In this document: piece by piece, positions 1-13,864 of the stretch
How positions within the stretch are numbered: the first letter of the stretch is position 1
Layout of the letters: each line of letters opens with the position of its first letter
Assembly: GCA_951406725.2 (NCBI GenBank)
Contig: OX597836.1
Span: 20,398,001 to 20,462,000, forward strand
DNA: 64,000 nt
Direction of reading: 5' to 3'
Source of the DNA: Octopus vulgaris
Taxonomy: Eukaryota
The notes under the pieces: generated by a model
What the model saw: the letters and a program-made list of their open reading frames with translations, nothing else
Database searches by the model: none
What the model was told of the DNA's origin: nothing
Made by a program: the position numbers and the translations under genes

Positions 1-474
1 CGTTCCAGAATCATTAGGATTTCAGCACTTGGATAAATAGTTGGTATCACTCATATATATAAATGTGTGTCTCCTTGTCTTGACATCATGTGATAACAAC
101 TGTAAATGAGTGTCACCATCATACAAGCAGTGTCCATTGTTTCCAATCCTCATGTCTGGTCATGAGGAAATGTTACCTTGCTTGTAAAGAAGTGAGGATA
201 GGTGACAGGAAGGGCATCCAGCCATAGAAAACTTGCCTCATATCATTAAAAAGTTCGTCCATATTCAAATATAATTTCTCATTTAGTTTTAACACCTCAG
301 CAACATCAACAAACTTTTCATCTGTTTCATTATGGAGATGGTCAGTAGCTCCTCCTTTTTTTAATTCTTTGGCAGTCAACTCTGAAAATGGTAGATTTTT
401 CTGCCAGCATCTGCTTCCTTTTCAGAATATTCTCAAATGATTCAATTGCTTTAAAAATAAACTCAAGGGGGCCT

Positions 475-691
475 TTAACCCTTTAGTGTTTAAACCGGCC
501 AAATATTCTACCTATTTTATGTTCAAACTAGTCAGATATGGTCATTCATAGCTACCTTATTGTGTCATTTTAAAAATAAACAATCATATCATTGAAATCG
601 CAAAGCCATGAAATGATGCAAGATTAATTTTACATGGTGTGAATACATAAGCTTTACATTTGACAGAATAATCTGAATGCTAAAGGGTTAA
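475..691. mobile_element. piggyBac-like MITE family A (other copies about 1489-1713, 4351-4577, 36825-37041)
   Basis: TTAA flanks with ccctttag...ctaaaggg termini; shared internal sequence among copies. Confidence 0.8.
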
Positions 692-832
692 GTCACAAGC
701 AGCATTCTGAAAGTTTATGGTATGATCTTTGAGTTGCTTTCTATCACAATAAATCTGAATAAGAACTTTATTCCAAAATTCAAGCTAAACTTGGAATTTG
801 ATTTTGCTCAGCTTTACAGAAAATATAACCTC

Positions 833-1040
833 TAGTGTGGGTTCAGATCTGACTGGTCTTCCACTGATGTGATGTGATATTCTCGTGGCACCAGCTTCAG
901 GAGAAGTGCCATGAACTGGGGAAGAAAATTTACACAACTATTGGGGATCCAACTAAAGTACTTGATACAGTCAGCAGGTCAGATCTTTCTAAGGTCCTAG
1001 ATAAAGATGGACGTCCATCAACATTGTTCAAGCTAGCTGT
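833..1040 (+). pseudogene. RTE-clade LINE reverse-transcriptase relic
   Basis: Frameshifted CGFRSDWSSTDV / IFSWHQLQEKCHE...DPTKVLDTVSRSDL matches RTE RT motifs QCGFR..STTDMIF.LRQLQEKC.E..DLTKAFDTVSR. Confidence 0.75.
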
Positions 1041-1212
1041 CTTCTCCCATTTAATTTTTTGTTTTAGGTGCCTTTAAAGTTGTAAACAAATATAAACATC
1101 TTCTTGGTCATACCCTAGATGTACTCTTTGATCCAGTGGCATGTCCAGGATATGAAAGCTGGAGAGAGAGATAGATAGATAGATAAATAGATAGATAGAT
1201 AGATAGATAGAT

Positions 1213-1384
1213 ATGTTTCTTTATTAGCCACACAGGGCTGCACACAGATGGGACATATTACAAGGTAGAGTTTTTCTTTTGGGGATAAAAAAGAGGGGTT
1301 GGTTTTCGATCAAAAGAGATCGTAAAAGGAAAGAAAGAGGAAAGCAACAGAAAAAAAGGGTGGGGAATAAAAATAAAAGGAAAA
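1213..1384 (-). mobile_element. Probable retroelement 3' tail inserted in (GATA)n
   Basis: Pyrimidine-rich tail ending in AATAAA on the minus strand, with (GATA)n on both sides. Confidence 0.5.
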
Positions 1385-3151
1385 TAGATAGATAGATAGA
1401 TAGATAGAGAGAGAGAGCTTCACCAACAGAAAGTTAGCAGTCATTTTCAGCTGAGTAGACTGGAGTAATATGGTATGGAGTGTTTTGCTTAACCCTTTAC
1501 CATTCAGATAACTCTAAACATAATACATATTTATTCCCATTGTTTTGAATTAATCTGGTATTATCATGTTGCTTCAAGATTAATAGAATGTGATTGTTAA
1601 TTCTTAGAATTACATTGTAAGGCAGGTGTGAGAGGCTGGATCTGGCCTGTTTGAATATAAAACTAGTAGAATATTTGGGCCAGACATGGCCAGTCTAAAT
1701 GCTGAAGACTTAAGGTTGCAATGTACTGCTTGGTCTAGGAATTGAACTCATGACATTATGATTGTGAGTTGAACATGTTACCCACTGAATCATGTGTCTT
1801 CATATTTAAAATGAAACAGTTTTAAAATAAGAGATTTTGTGTCAGAGAACCAACCAGAAGCGGATAAGGCAATTTGGTATCCAAAGAGTCGAGTTCTTTG
1901 CTGATATAAGTCTAGAATAAAAGGAAATTCATGAAAGAGAAAATGAGAGCAAATAAGAATGGAAGAAGAAAAGAGGAGGAAGAATTTTTGATAAATAAAT
2001 AATTAAAAAAATAAGATAAAAAGAAAACAATAAATCAAAGATACAAACAATATTATTTTAATATTTCATTATTACAAATAGTATTTATTACTTTAAAACA
2101 TTAACCTGGCCCTTCAGTCAACATTTATCTTGAATAGAGAAGATAAAAACAAAAACAACAGCAAAACGAAGACAAGAGGGGAAAAAAAAAAAAGCAAAAA
2201 AAATTAATTAAACAATGCGAACAAAAATAAACAATATTTTTTTTTTTATTGCCTAGTGTATACATAAAAAAAAAAAATGTGAATAACTGAGTTGTCACAT
2301 TATTCACTCATTAAGATGTATTCAGTGAAAAATTAATTTTGAAAAATGTGCAAGTGTGTGTTTGCTAATAAAGTATTCTATATACATGTTTTTATATGCA
2401 TATATATATACATACATATATATATATATATATATACACACATACACATACATATATAAGCATATATATGCATATATCTATATGTATATATATATACACA
2501 TATATATAAATGTGTGCATGTGCAAAAATATTGCTTCCATTGAATTCGAAATTCACTTTTGACCAGCAGACAATTGGGAAAAAAATATGGCCAATAGCAT
2601 TTTGTGTTGCATTCATTTCTTTTTTTTATATATATATATATATTCTTTTATTAAATTTATTTCATTTTTATAGTCATTGTTTTCCTTTGTTTATTTTCAT
2701 TATTTATCAATTACAAAAAAAAATTATCCCTTGGAGCACTGAATACTTCCTGAATAATGCTTTTTAGCCAAAACATTAGGTTTTTGGGATAAAATCCTTG
2801 GAAAATGGTGGCCCTGAAAATTGACCCCTCTAGTTTCAAGATTCAGCCACAGAGCACATCGGTGGTCTCAAAATCAGCTGCATGTGTCCAAAGGATTAAA
2901 TATGGCTTTTGGTGCTGTTTTACCTAATTCTATCTGCTATTAAAAAATGAAAAACAATCTCTAATCATTACAAGACTTAATGGCCGTAAATGAACTGGGA
3001 TCTAAAAGTCATTTTTTTGATCAGAGGTAGTAGCAGCTGCATATATATATATATATATATATATATGTAGGTCCCGGGTTGAGTCGGGGTTAACCACAGT
3101 AAATAAGGTACTTAATACATAGCAGAGTAAAGTAATTTATTTTATAGAAGG

Positions 3152-3200
3152 AGCTTCTACAGGACTAGAACTGTTTCATTCAGATGGAATCTTCAGGAAA
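3152..3200 (-). ncRNA. Second, antiparallel hammerhead motif in the same palindrome
   Basis: Minus strand reads tttcCTGAAGAttccatctgaatGAAACAGttctagtcCTGTAgaag; stem I is shortened by an 11-bp tandem duplication at the palindrome centre. Confidence 0.55.
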
Positions 3201-3205
3201 TCTTC

Positions 3206-3263
3206 AGGAAGCTTCCTGAAGATTTCATCTGAATGAAACAGTTCTAGTCCTGTAGAAGCTCCT
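3206..3263 (+). ncRNA. Type I hammerhead ribozyme motif with complete core (Penelope-like-element type)
   Basis: Stem I agcttc(3210-15)/gaagct(3255-60); CUGAAGA 3216-22; short stem II ttc/gaa; GAAA 3235-38; stem III ACAG/CUGU; GUA cleavage triplet ending at 3254. Confidence 0.7.
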
Positions 3264-3288
3264 TCTATAAAATATATATATATACAAC

Positions 3289-3477
3289 TTATAAACAAGG
3301 GCAAAAGAAAAAATTTCTAATGCCAAATATGCCGAAATAGACTTGGAATTTTTTAGAAATTTCTGTCGGTTTTCTTCGAAATATGCGCTTATAGTGATAA
3401 ATTATATGGTTATTGACGATTAAGTCTATTTCTACATATTTGTCATTAGAAATTTTTTCTTTTGCTCTTGTTTATAA
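3289..3477. repeat. Foldback (inverted repeat) element
   Basis: ttataaacaagggcaaaagaaaaaatttctaatg... mirrored by ...cattagaaattttttcttttgctcttgtttataa; arms about 55 bp. Confidence 0.85.
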
Positions 3478-3554
3478 ATTTAACCTTTAAAGGTATTTTT
3501 TAATATGCTGGCCATTGATAAAATTTTTTTTTCGAAAAAATTCTATCCTATATT

Positions 3555-3595
<41 letters not shown>

Positions 3596-4238
3596 AAGTA
3601 ACAACTAGCAATGTGGATTTCTTCAGTCCCAGTTTGAATAATAAAACCGTTTCCTCTCTCTTCTCCTTTTCTCTTACAGTCATTCAAATCCATGTATTTT
3701 ATCTAAACTTTTTGATACCAAACTGCCTGAAACTGATCCTGGTCCCATGATACAAAGTTCCTGTTTTTAAGGTGATCTAAAATTAAGATCCTCTTTCAGA
3801 AAAATTTTAGTTAATTTTATGTTTTAAACTCTAGTTTAATAATGACAAAGCCATTTTTCTAAATTCTTTGTTATTTTCAAAATCAATTGGGACAAAAGCA
3901 GAGTATTTCAACAGAAATATGGTAATAATAAGACTTAAACTATTTTCTTTCTGCCAAATATTCAGCTACCTTATGTCTTTCTCCATTGGCACTGACCACT
4001 ATACCCCACCGCATTCACAATCTTTCCTCTCACTTAAAATATAAGGCAATTTCTAAGAAAATCCCTTGCTGCCCATTCTTTTTCTTTTCCCTACTTGTCC
4101 TCACCATCTCCATATCAACTTACAGATGTTTTTGCAAGTCGTACATCAGCTATACCCATCTCACCAGTCTTGCAAAGGCCTATGAAGGCCACGGCAGGCA
4201 GCCACCAACTCCTTTTCTTTCTAAATAAAATCCTAAAC

Positions 4239-4781
4239 CAAGGCTGGCCAACCTGAGGCCCACAGACTGCAGACTTTTATCTTGTAGCCTACTTGATACT
4301 TTCTTGAAATGGGTTTATTTAAACAAACATTTAAAAAATTTTATCAAAATTTAACCCTTTAGCATTCAGATTATTCTGTCAAATATAATATTTATTCATC
4401 CATATTGTTTTAAGCCAATCATGCATTATTTCGTAGCTTTAAGATTTCCATGATGTTATCACCTGTTTTTAGATTGACATTATAGGTTGGTGTGAGATAC
4501 CAAATCTGGGCAGTTTTAACAGAAAACAGGTAGATTATTTGGGCTGGATATGGCCGGTTTAAACACTAAAGGGTTAAAGATTGTAATGAAAAGTAAAAAA
4601 AGAAAGATAATACTACTTTTGCAACGATAATATTTCATGTTGAATCAACAATCATGCATTCATTATTGTAATAATAGCATGAGAAGCAAAATGCTTTCAA
4701 TTCTGTCAGTATACAAGCGGCCCTCAAAAAACTTTGTGTGATTTAAGTGGCCTCCAACGTAATTTGAGTTGGCTAGGCCTG
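4239..4781. mobile_element. hAT-family MITE with 8-bp target-site duplication
   Basis: TIRs caaggctggccaac / gttggctaggcctg; identical tcctaaac at 4231-4238 and 4782-4789; contains a nested TTAA MITE. Confidence 0.85.
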
Positions 4782-6847
4782 TCCTAAACCTTTTTGATAC
4801 CAACTCCCCTAATGCTACCCACTGGTTCTATGATACAAATTTCTTGTTTCAAAGTGATCTAAATAAACTTCCCATCATATTAGTCTACATTTCAAACATC
4901 AGCTTAATAATAGTACCAATGATAAAGTTATTTTATTAAATTCTTTATTTTCAAAATTAATTGAAGCAAATGTAAATTTCAATAGAAATGTGGTAACAAA
5001 AGGGTTAAACCATCTAATCCTACCTAATCTCACTGAAAACATTAAGTATGTATCTTATATGGTTGCTTAATTTGAAGACAATCTCTCAAGGGGAATGAGG
5101 TCTTTTTTGTAAAGTAAAAGCTGTAACTATTTTGTACTTTAGCAATAGATATAAAAAAAACCAAAAGTCCATGAAATAAAGGGGAAAATTCAATTACATT
5201 GACCCTGAAAGATGACAGGCAAAGTTGACTTCTGTGGGATTTGAACTCAGAAAGTAGAGATGGAAGGAATACTGCTAAACATTTTATGCCATGTTCTAAT
5301 AATTCTATCATCTTGCAGTCTTAAAAATAATCGGAGGGACAAGCAAGAGTGCTTAATAATTTATGTGGTAGTGCCAGGAGATTGACATATTGTCATGAAA
5401 AAAGAGAAAAGTTTGATGATTGAGATCACGAAGATGTGGTAGCTGCAAGACTCAAGCATAAAGGTTGTTCTTGTTGTCATCAGAGCATTGGGTTATCACC
5501 CAACCTGAAGAAACATCTGGCCACTTGTACTTATTTTATTGACCCTGAGAGAATGAAAGGTAAAGTTGATCCCGGTGGAATTTGAACTCAGAACAGAAAG
5601 ATGAATGAAATACTGCTAAGCATTTTGCTTGGTGTGCTAACAATTCTGATTGCCACTAGGACAGAAATTGGTTTTGTGGAGTGAGTGATTATATCAACTG
5701 CAGTAGTTGATTGATACATAATTTGATCGACCCCTGAAGGAAGAAAGGCAAAGCTAACTGCATGGGATTTGAACTCAGAATTTAAAAAAGCAGAACAAAT
5801 ATCAGATTTTCTCTGACACTCTAACAATTCTGGTAATTCACTGCACACATAACTGTTTCTACAACAGATACAAGACCTGAAATTTTAAAAAGGGAATTAG
5901 TTAATTAAATTGGTCCCAGTATTTGACAACATTATGTGGAAAAGAAGTGTAAGAATAATGGCCATCTCAATCTGGTGGAGGAAGCTTTATTCTCAATGTG
6001 CTGAACAGCAGAGGAAGACCTAAAGCTAAACTATTTGACTGGTACTGTATCTTATCAACCCAGAAGGAAGAAAGACGCTGGCTTCAGTGGGATTTGAACT
6101 CAGAATCTAAAGAGACAGAACAAAAACTATCAAGCATTATTCTGGAAATCTAATGATGCTGCCAATCCCCTGCACATACAATTATTTTTAAAACAGGTGC
6201 AAGGTCTAAAATTTGGGGAGAAGGGTTTGAGATTTATATTGACCATGGAAGGCAAAGTTGACCTCTACAGTATTTGAACAGAACAAATATCAGAAACATT
6301 TTCCCCAAAATTGTAATAATTCTGCCATTCCATCAGCCTCGTAATTATTTTTAAAATAATCATGTTGACCTTAGTTGGATTTAGATTTTTAAAAGTAAAA
6401 TAGAAAATGGAATGAAACAACTAGGAGCAGCTGTTTGGGTGCTGATGGTTTGGCATGGCTGACTGGACATTCAACCTATTTTGGTGACAGCACTTATTAC
6501 TACTGGAGGCAAGCACACACACACACACACACACACATGCAAGTGTAACTGGGTGGTAAGAAGTTTGCCTCGCAACCACTTGGTTCTGGGTTCAGTCCCA
6601 CTGTGTGGTGTCTTCGGCAAGTGTTTTCTAAAATAAGCCTTGGGCCAACCAAAGCCTGTTGTGTATATGTGTGTTTTTGTATGTGTTTGTCTCCCACCCT
6701 CACCAATTGACAACTGGTGTTGGAGTGTTTATGTCCTTGTAACTTAGTGGTTCAGCAAAAGAAACCAATACAATAAGTACTAGGCTTAGAACATAGGTCT
6801 TGGTATTGATTTGACTAAAACCTTTCAAGGCAGTTCCTCAGCATGAC

Positions 6848-6893
<46 letters not shown>

Positions 6894-7453
6894 TAAACAT
6901 ATCTGATGTCAAATAATTCAGTGTTAAATCAGTGACGTCAAAATGGCTGGCAAAACATATACTCAGTGGAACAAATGTTGGTTTCAAATTTTGGTCCAAA
7001 GTCAGCAAGTTGAAGGGAAGTGACCCCAGTGCTCAACTGGTACTTATTTTATTGACCCAAAAGGATGAAAGGCAAAGTCAACCCCTGGAAGAATTTGAAC
7101 TCAGAATGTAAAGATATGAAATGTTGCTAAGTGTTCTACCTGGCATGGTAATGATTCTGCCAGCTCACCACCTTACAGTGGAACAAATATTGTAAAGTAT
7201 TTTGCCTGAGGTGCTAATGACATGCTACCAATAATTACATATTAATTACTGATCAAAAAAAAAAAAAAAATGAAATCAAGATGAAGTCTCTGGAAAGAAA
7301 AGCCAAATATAAATTCAATATTTATATTTATTCCATAATATCATTGTATATTTGGAAATAATACAACAATACACGAACATGCACATATATCATTTCATAT
7401 TCTGTGACTTTTTATCTTAGCCATATATTTATATATGTGTGTGTGTATTTGTG

Positions 7454-7485
<32 letters not shown>

Positions 7486-7805
7486 CTACAAGTGAAAGGT
7501 AACATCATTTAAAATATGTTAACAACACAAATATTCTCTGATCTATGTGAACCATATCAATGAATTGATTTGTTTTGTCATGATTTTGTTGTTATATACT
7601 TTTTAAAAATATTAATTCTAGATTATGGAAAAATTTGTTGATAATATACTTCATTAAATTTTAAAATTTAATCTTTAAAATATTACTCTTTTTTTTTTCA
7701 TCCAATCTATTTATTTTTCTCTCAAAGTCAATATATTACTATGGACCCTGATTCTCATGAAAGAGCTTTATCTTGACAAAATATTTTAGTTACACGCACA
7801 CATAC

Positions 7806-7900
<95 letters not shown>

Positions 7901-7924
7901 TATATATATATAAATATATATAAA

Positions 7925-8080
7925 AAAGGAAATGAAGAAAATACTGACAAAATAATTTAAGTAATTTAAGTAATTTAATTAGGTGAAAGTTCTTTTTACC
8001 GGTAGCGCATTTGTTATGCTTATCAAAAGATATTTTTTTAAGAGAGATAGAGTTCCTTTCTGATAGATTTTTTCCTCTTA
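7925..8080. repeat. About 155-bp cassette flanked by (TA)n; second copy at 17041-17189
   Basis: aaaggaaatgaagaaaat.ctgacaaaataatttaag...ttttttcctctta is near-identical in both copies. Confidence 0.9.
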
Positions 8081-8624
8081 TATATATATATAAATATATA
8101 TAGGCACACAGGCACATTATTAAAAGATCCTGTCATCAAACAACTTTTCAGTGGTGCTATGAAGAGAATCAGTTATATATGTGTGTGTGTGTGGAGAGAG
8201 AAAGAGAGAAGAGAGAAAATTTGAAAGAAACTTTAGAATACTGAAGTTCAAATAGAAAAAATATTTTGAGAGTATGTGTTCATGTATGTGTGTGTGTGTA
8301 TACATATATATACAAACACACACGCACACATGTAACTAAAAAAAAAAAAAAAATGCTAGCAACACACCAATCCAGGAATAGCTTGGCCCATATAGTTATA
8401 TTGGTCAGTAGTTCATATATCCAAAAAAAAAGAAGCAGAAGTGTATCATTGTGGAAGTTTTTTGTTTACAAAATTAACTGACCATGATGTTTGCCTCCCT
8501 CCAATTGTAGAGAAGTTTTGTGCCTCTGGCCATTTGAGTCTGGTGAGTCACCTATACAACTAAGTACTTTATAGGTGTGAAACCAAAGGTCATTCTCTGA
8601 CCAGTCATAACAAACAACCTTCTA

Positions 8625-8670
<46 letters not shown>

Positions 8671-8898
8671 ATGCCATACACACATAGATTATGTATGTAT
8701 ATATATCTATATATTACACACATACATACATACATATACACATATTTATACACACACGCAATTGATCAGTACTATGCTTTTGTGTCTTGAAAATATAATG
8801 CTGAAAGTTAAAAATCTGCAGTGAAAGATAATGAACTGTGATTTGTTTAATGGTGTTTGAATTGTCTTTTGAAAATTAAAATTTATATATGTATATAC

Positions 8899-8959
<61 letters not shown>

Positions 8960-10028
8960 TATTATATAGTCATAGTGTAGATTGATGTGTTAAAAGATAA
9001 AATCTGTGCATATATATACATATATATATATATATATATTTCTATGCTGAAAGTTGGTGAGTTCACATTTAGTACACAAATAGCCCAAAATAAATAAATA
9101 TATATATATACATATACACGCACACATGTATTCATATATATATATACACACACACACGTACGCACTGATATTGAAAACTATTTTCTTTTCTTTCAATATA
9201 TATATATAATTGCTTTTATTTCTTTGTTTTTTTTTTTCAATTATTTTTCTTCATTTTGAAAAAGTAGTAAAAAAAGTCAATAATTCAAAAAAAAAAAAAA
9301 GAGGGGTAGGCCAACAAAGGGGAAAACACCAGGAGAAGGGAAAAAAAGTTTCTTTTCAATTGTGGAACTAATTTTAAAATCAATCTAGAGAATGTAAAAA
9401 TTCAAACTTTCATAATCATACACACCTATATATATATATATATATATATACACTCACACACAAATGTATGTATATGTGTGTTTGTGTGTGTGTGTAGAAA
9501 GGGAGAGAGACACACATATACATGCATATATATATAGAGAGAGACACACACATATACATGCATTTATATATATATATGCACAATACTCTCAACACTTGGG
9601 TCACTTTGTAATCTATATACATATGTACACACAGTCACATATATATATATACACACACACACCTAAAACAATAAAATAAATTTGTAAAAGAAAAAATAGT
9701 TTTGTTTTTTTTGGTAGCATACACTTTTAAATTTCCATAGCATCCAACAAGAAAACAAGCCCGTACCCACTCTACAATAGTTTATTGCAATTAATAATAA
9801 TAATAATAATAAGTTTTTCATTTAGGCACAAGGCCAGCAATTTTGAGGGAAGGGGGAATAATCAATACCATCGTCCAGTACTTCACTGGTATTTTATTTT
9901 ATTGACCCCAAAAGGATGAAAGTGAAGTTGACCTCAGTGGGATCTGAGCACAGAAATACAGTTTCAGAAGAAATATTGCAAAGCATTTTTTCCCAAGACT
10001 TTAGTGATTCTGCCAGCTCACCACCTTC

Positions 10029-10074
<46 letters not shown>

Positions 10075-10260
10075 CTGATGTGTAACAAGGTAAAAATGCT
10101 GGTTTGTGGACGGCAAGCATATTGCAAGTGAGGAGTGCAGAGACTTTTATTAAAGATTTACAAGTGAAAATTTAAAAAAAAAAAAAAAAAAAATATGGCA
10201 TGTTCTTTCAAACATTTGAAAAAATATGGAAGATGAATATTATGAAGTTTTATTGTGAAT

Positions 10261-10324
<64 letters not shown>

Positions 10325-11354
10325 ATAGAAGGAATTATAATCCAAGCTGTATCCTCATGAAGCATATGTGTGTGTTCCAGCTATCATTTTGAGACTATGT
10401 CTGAAAATTTACACATGGGAGATGATCTAAATGTCTGTATGAATTTAGTATATTTATATTATTATTAAAATTAGTATTTATATTCATAATATGTATTTCC
10501 CATGTTGTAATGAAATGTGTAACAGCATTAAAATGATACCACACATTCCATTGCACAAAAGTGTAGGCATAGCTGTGTGGTTTAAAAGTTTGCTTCACAA
10601 ACATACAACCAAGATCTTCCAGGTTCTACCCTACTGTGTTGCACATTAAGTAAGCGTTGATCAATACTCTTTTGAGTGGAACTTGGCAGACAGAAGCTGT
10701 GCATAAGACCCTCCAATCTCTCTATCAAATATATACATATCCATATGCATACATACATATACATACATACACACATATATATATAATATGGTTTCTATCA
10801 AATATATACATATTCACATACATACATATATATCAACTGATTACACTGATCCTCTCTTTTAATGTGTGAGTAGTTATGTAGCTCTTATACCACAACAAAC
10901 CTGTTCTGCCCCAGTCCTTTCTCTCATACTTATCTCTTAGCATAAAGCTGCCTCCTTGGGGTTCATAGTCTTGCAAGTAACCTGGTTACCCCACTGGAGC
11001 TGGTGGCATGAAACAAAGCACTCAAAGCACATGTTATAAAGTAGTTGGGGTCAAGAAGGGCATTCAGCTGAAGAAACCATGCCAAAGCATGTGCATATAT
11101 ATACATATATATATTGGTGCACCATGTAGTCCTTGGGCCTGTTAGATTCTAGTCTAACCCATGATGATATGAAACATGAATGTTAAATGATGAAGTTGAT
11201 GATGATAAAATATATAAGAAATTTTTTCTAAATTGGTGTACATTGGAAGAAATTGAAGTATATTTTATAACCTGATGTTCTTCTGATTGCCAACCTTTGT
11301 TTTCAATTAAGATATATCCATGCATCTGTTTATCTAACCACTTGTCTATCTATC

Positions 11355-11462
11355 CATCCATCCACCCATCTGTCTGTCAATCCATCCACCCATCTGTCTG
11401 TCAATCCATCCACCCATCTGTCTGTCAATCCATCCACCCATCTGTCTGTCAATCCATCCATC
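11355..11462. repeat. 24-bp minisatellite, about 4 copies
   Basis: Unit caatccatccacccatctgtctgt. Confidence 0.9.
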
Positions 11463-13649
11463 CATCTAACCATCCCTCAATCTATTTGTCTATCTCTCTT
11501 GCTCCCTCTATATATTCATCTATCCATTCAGTTATCTATCTATCTACCTATTTATATACATTTACATAATTACAAAATCGAATTAAAGAAAAAAAATAAG
11601 TACAAATGTTTATCTACAACAAACAAATAGAGTAAAAGTGGTGGTGAAATGTTATTAAGTCATGTGCTATACACTTCCTCTTCATACTGTGTAGCGATTG
11701 GTGTTGCACAGTTATAGGAGTAGACATTGTTCTGGACAACCAGTTTCTCATTTCTGCAGAGGTTTATAAAGTAAGTAAATATTACTCTATATTACTATAA
11801 TAAATACTGGTCCTTGGTCCCACATATGTGAAAGATACTTCAATGAGAAAATGTGTAGAGAAAAGGACATATCTGTGTCTACTTTGAGATGTGATAAGTG
11901 CACAGGATTTCTGGAAACATGTTTGAGGTGACATACATACACACACACACAATTATATATATACATCTACACACATATATTTATTTATACATTCACATAT
12001 ATATAAATATAAAATCAAATTGACCCCATTATGTATTTTAAACCTGGTGCTTATTTTATTGTACTCTTTTTGCCAAACTGCTAAGTCATGGAATATATAA
12101 CAACACTATGTGTCAAGCAATGATAGACACACACACACACATGACTGATACAACGGACTTCTACAGTTTTTGTCAGCTGAACTCATTTACAGGGCATTGG
12201 TTGTCCCAGGGATCTAGGAGGAAATACTAGCCCAGGGCACTATACAATTGGAACTGATATTGAAGCCATCTGCTTGCAAAGCAAACTTCTTAACCACATC
12301 CATCCAGCCATCCTTTTTCTCCACTCATTATTTTTGGAAGCATTGCAGTAGTAGAGTCCTCAGGTATATCCTCCATAGGGTCCTATCAGAAGTAACCATC
12401 ATTACACTTTCTGGCTGGATTCCCAAGCATGAACAACTGAGACTGTGGATATTATCCCAACCATCTTATTCTTGGTTTAACCCTAGGTCTCCTGCCAGTT
12501 GGCTCAGCTTAAAGAATCTGCCTTGCGATTCTTTCCTGCAACATTCTAATCACGTCTGTAGTACTGGAGCTGTATTCTCTTAACATACGTACACACACAC
12601 ATGAGGGCATATGGCCTAGTGGTTAGGTGCTGTATTCTTGATTACAAGATTATGGTTTCAATTTCCAGGCTATATAGTATGTTGTGCTTGAGCAAAACAC
12701 TACATTCCATGTTGCTCTGTGATCACTTTGACATGTGGTGTTATGGCACAGTGTGCCCCTATACAGGCAATGTTGATGTGAGGAAGAGAGTCAGTTCATG
12801 TACAGCATAAACATTTAATCACTAAAAACAAATCATCTGTGCAGAAATTGTGGAATTGTTGTTCTTGAAGTTGTGAACTACCAAGAAGAACACACATACA
12901 TACACAAGGTGGCATAATTGAAGATTCAAAATAATTGGAAGCCTATATATATATATAAAATATAAAATTCATTTATACTTTTTGAGATCTAGTTATAAGT
13001 TATATATTTAAAAAAAAAAAAAAATTTATATATATATATGTATTGGTTTATGTCTATCACTGTTTGAATTGCATAATAGTGGTTTTATCTCTAATTTATA
13101 TTTTATATATTTATACTGTGAAATTCGATTTATACTAAATTGAATTTTTCCCTGTAAGTTTGGAGTTATACTCCCCTAATATTATTATTATATATATATA
13201 TATATATATATATCTGTATTGAGGCAGTATTAATACTGAGAGGTAATATTTATCCCCGCTTAAACATAGATGTTCTGTTAGAATAAGCTATACTGTGGTA
13301 TATGCTATGAGAGAAACTCTCATATTGGCTTTTTGGTGCAAAATGCATTCTTTGTTTATATCACTGGTGGGAAGATAAATCCCCTGCCATCTCCCCCCCC
13401 CCCCACTGAGACCACCATATCCCATGATTTTGACTTCCCTTGGTTTTGTCAATAATGGATGCACAACTGCTAGAGAGAACACTGACTCATCTCCCTGCCT
13501 GCAATACAGAAAATAACTGTGCCAGAACAGGTGCTGGTGCTGCGATTAACCAGTCAGCTTGTTAAAAGATATATTTTAGCAACAGAGACAGAATTAATAC
13601 AATAAAGAGTAAGTATGTAGCTGGCACACGTTTCCACCCATCTCTAATA

Positions 13650-13864
13650 TTGTTGTTGCTCAATGTAGGGGAGGCTTTGCTGGTCACTGTTATCATACTG
13701 AATACCAAGCCAAGTCAGATTTTATATTTTGGAGATTTCAATACTGTAATGTTGGACGAACATCATGGAAACCATATTGGTGTTAATGTTAGAGACACAA
13801 GGCATGAAATTGAGAATTTACCAAAAGTAATGGGTGTGGTGAAGCATGTCTCATTTTTGGCCAT
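13650..13864 (+). pseudogene. Possible LINE APE-endonuclease relic, interrupted by the tandem MITEs
   Basis: ILYFGDFN...HIG resembles the GDFN motif of RTE-type endonucleases. Confidence 0.4.

Larger units (their letters stand above)
3138..3274. repeat. Palindromic element embedded in (TA)n
   Basis: Near-perfect inverted arms of about 60 bp; (TA)n at 3041-3066 and 3272-3284. Confidence 0.9.

Noticed and set aside
11760-11770. Plus-strand ttctgcag|AGGTTTATAAA|gtaagt microexon-like signal
   Set aside because: 11 nt (frame-shifting) and no other plus-strand exons found to link it to.
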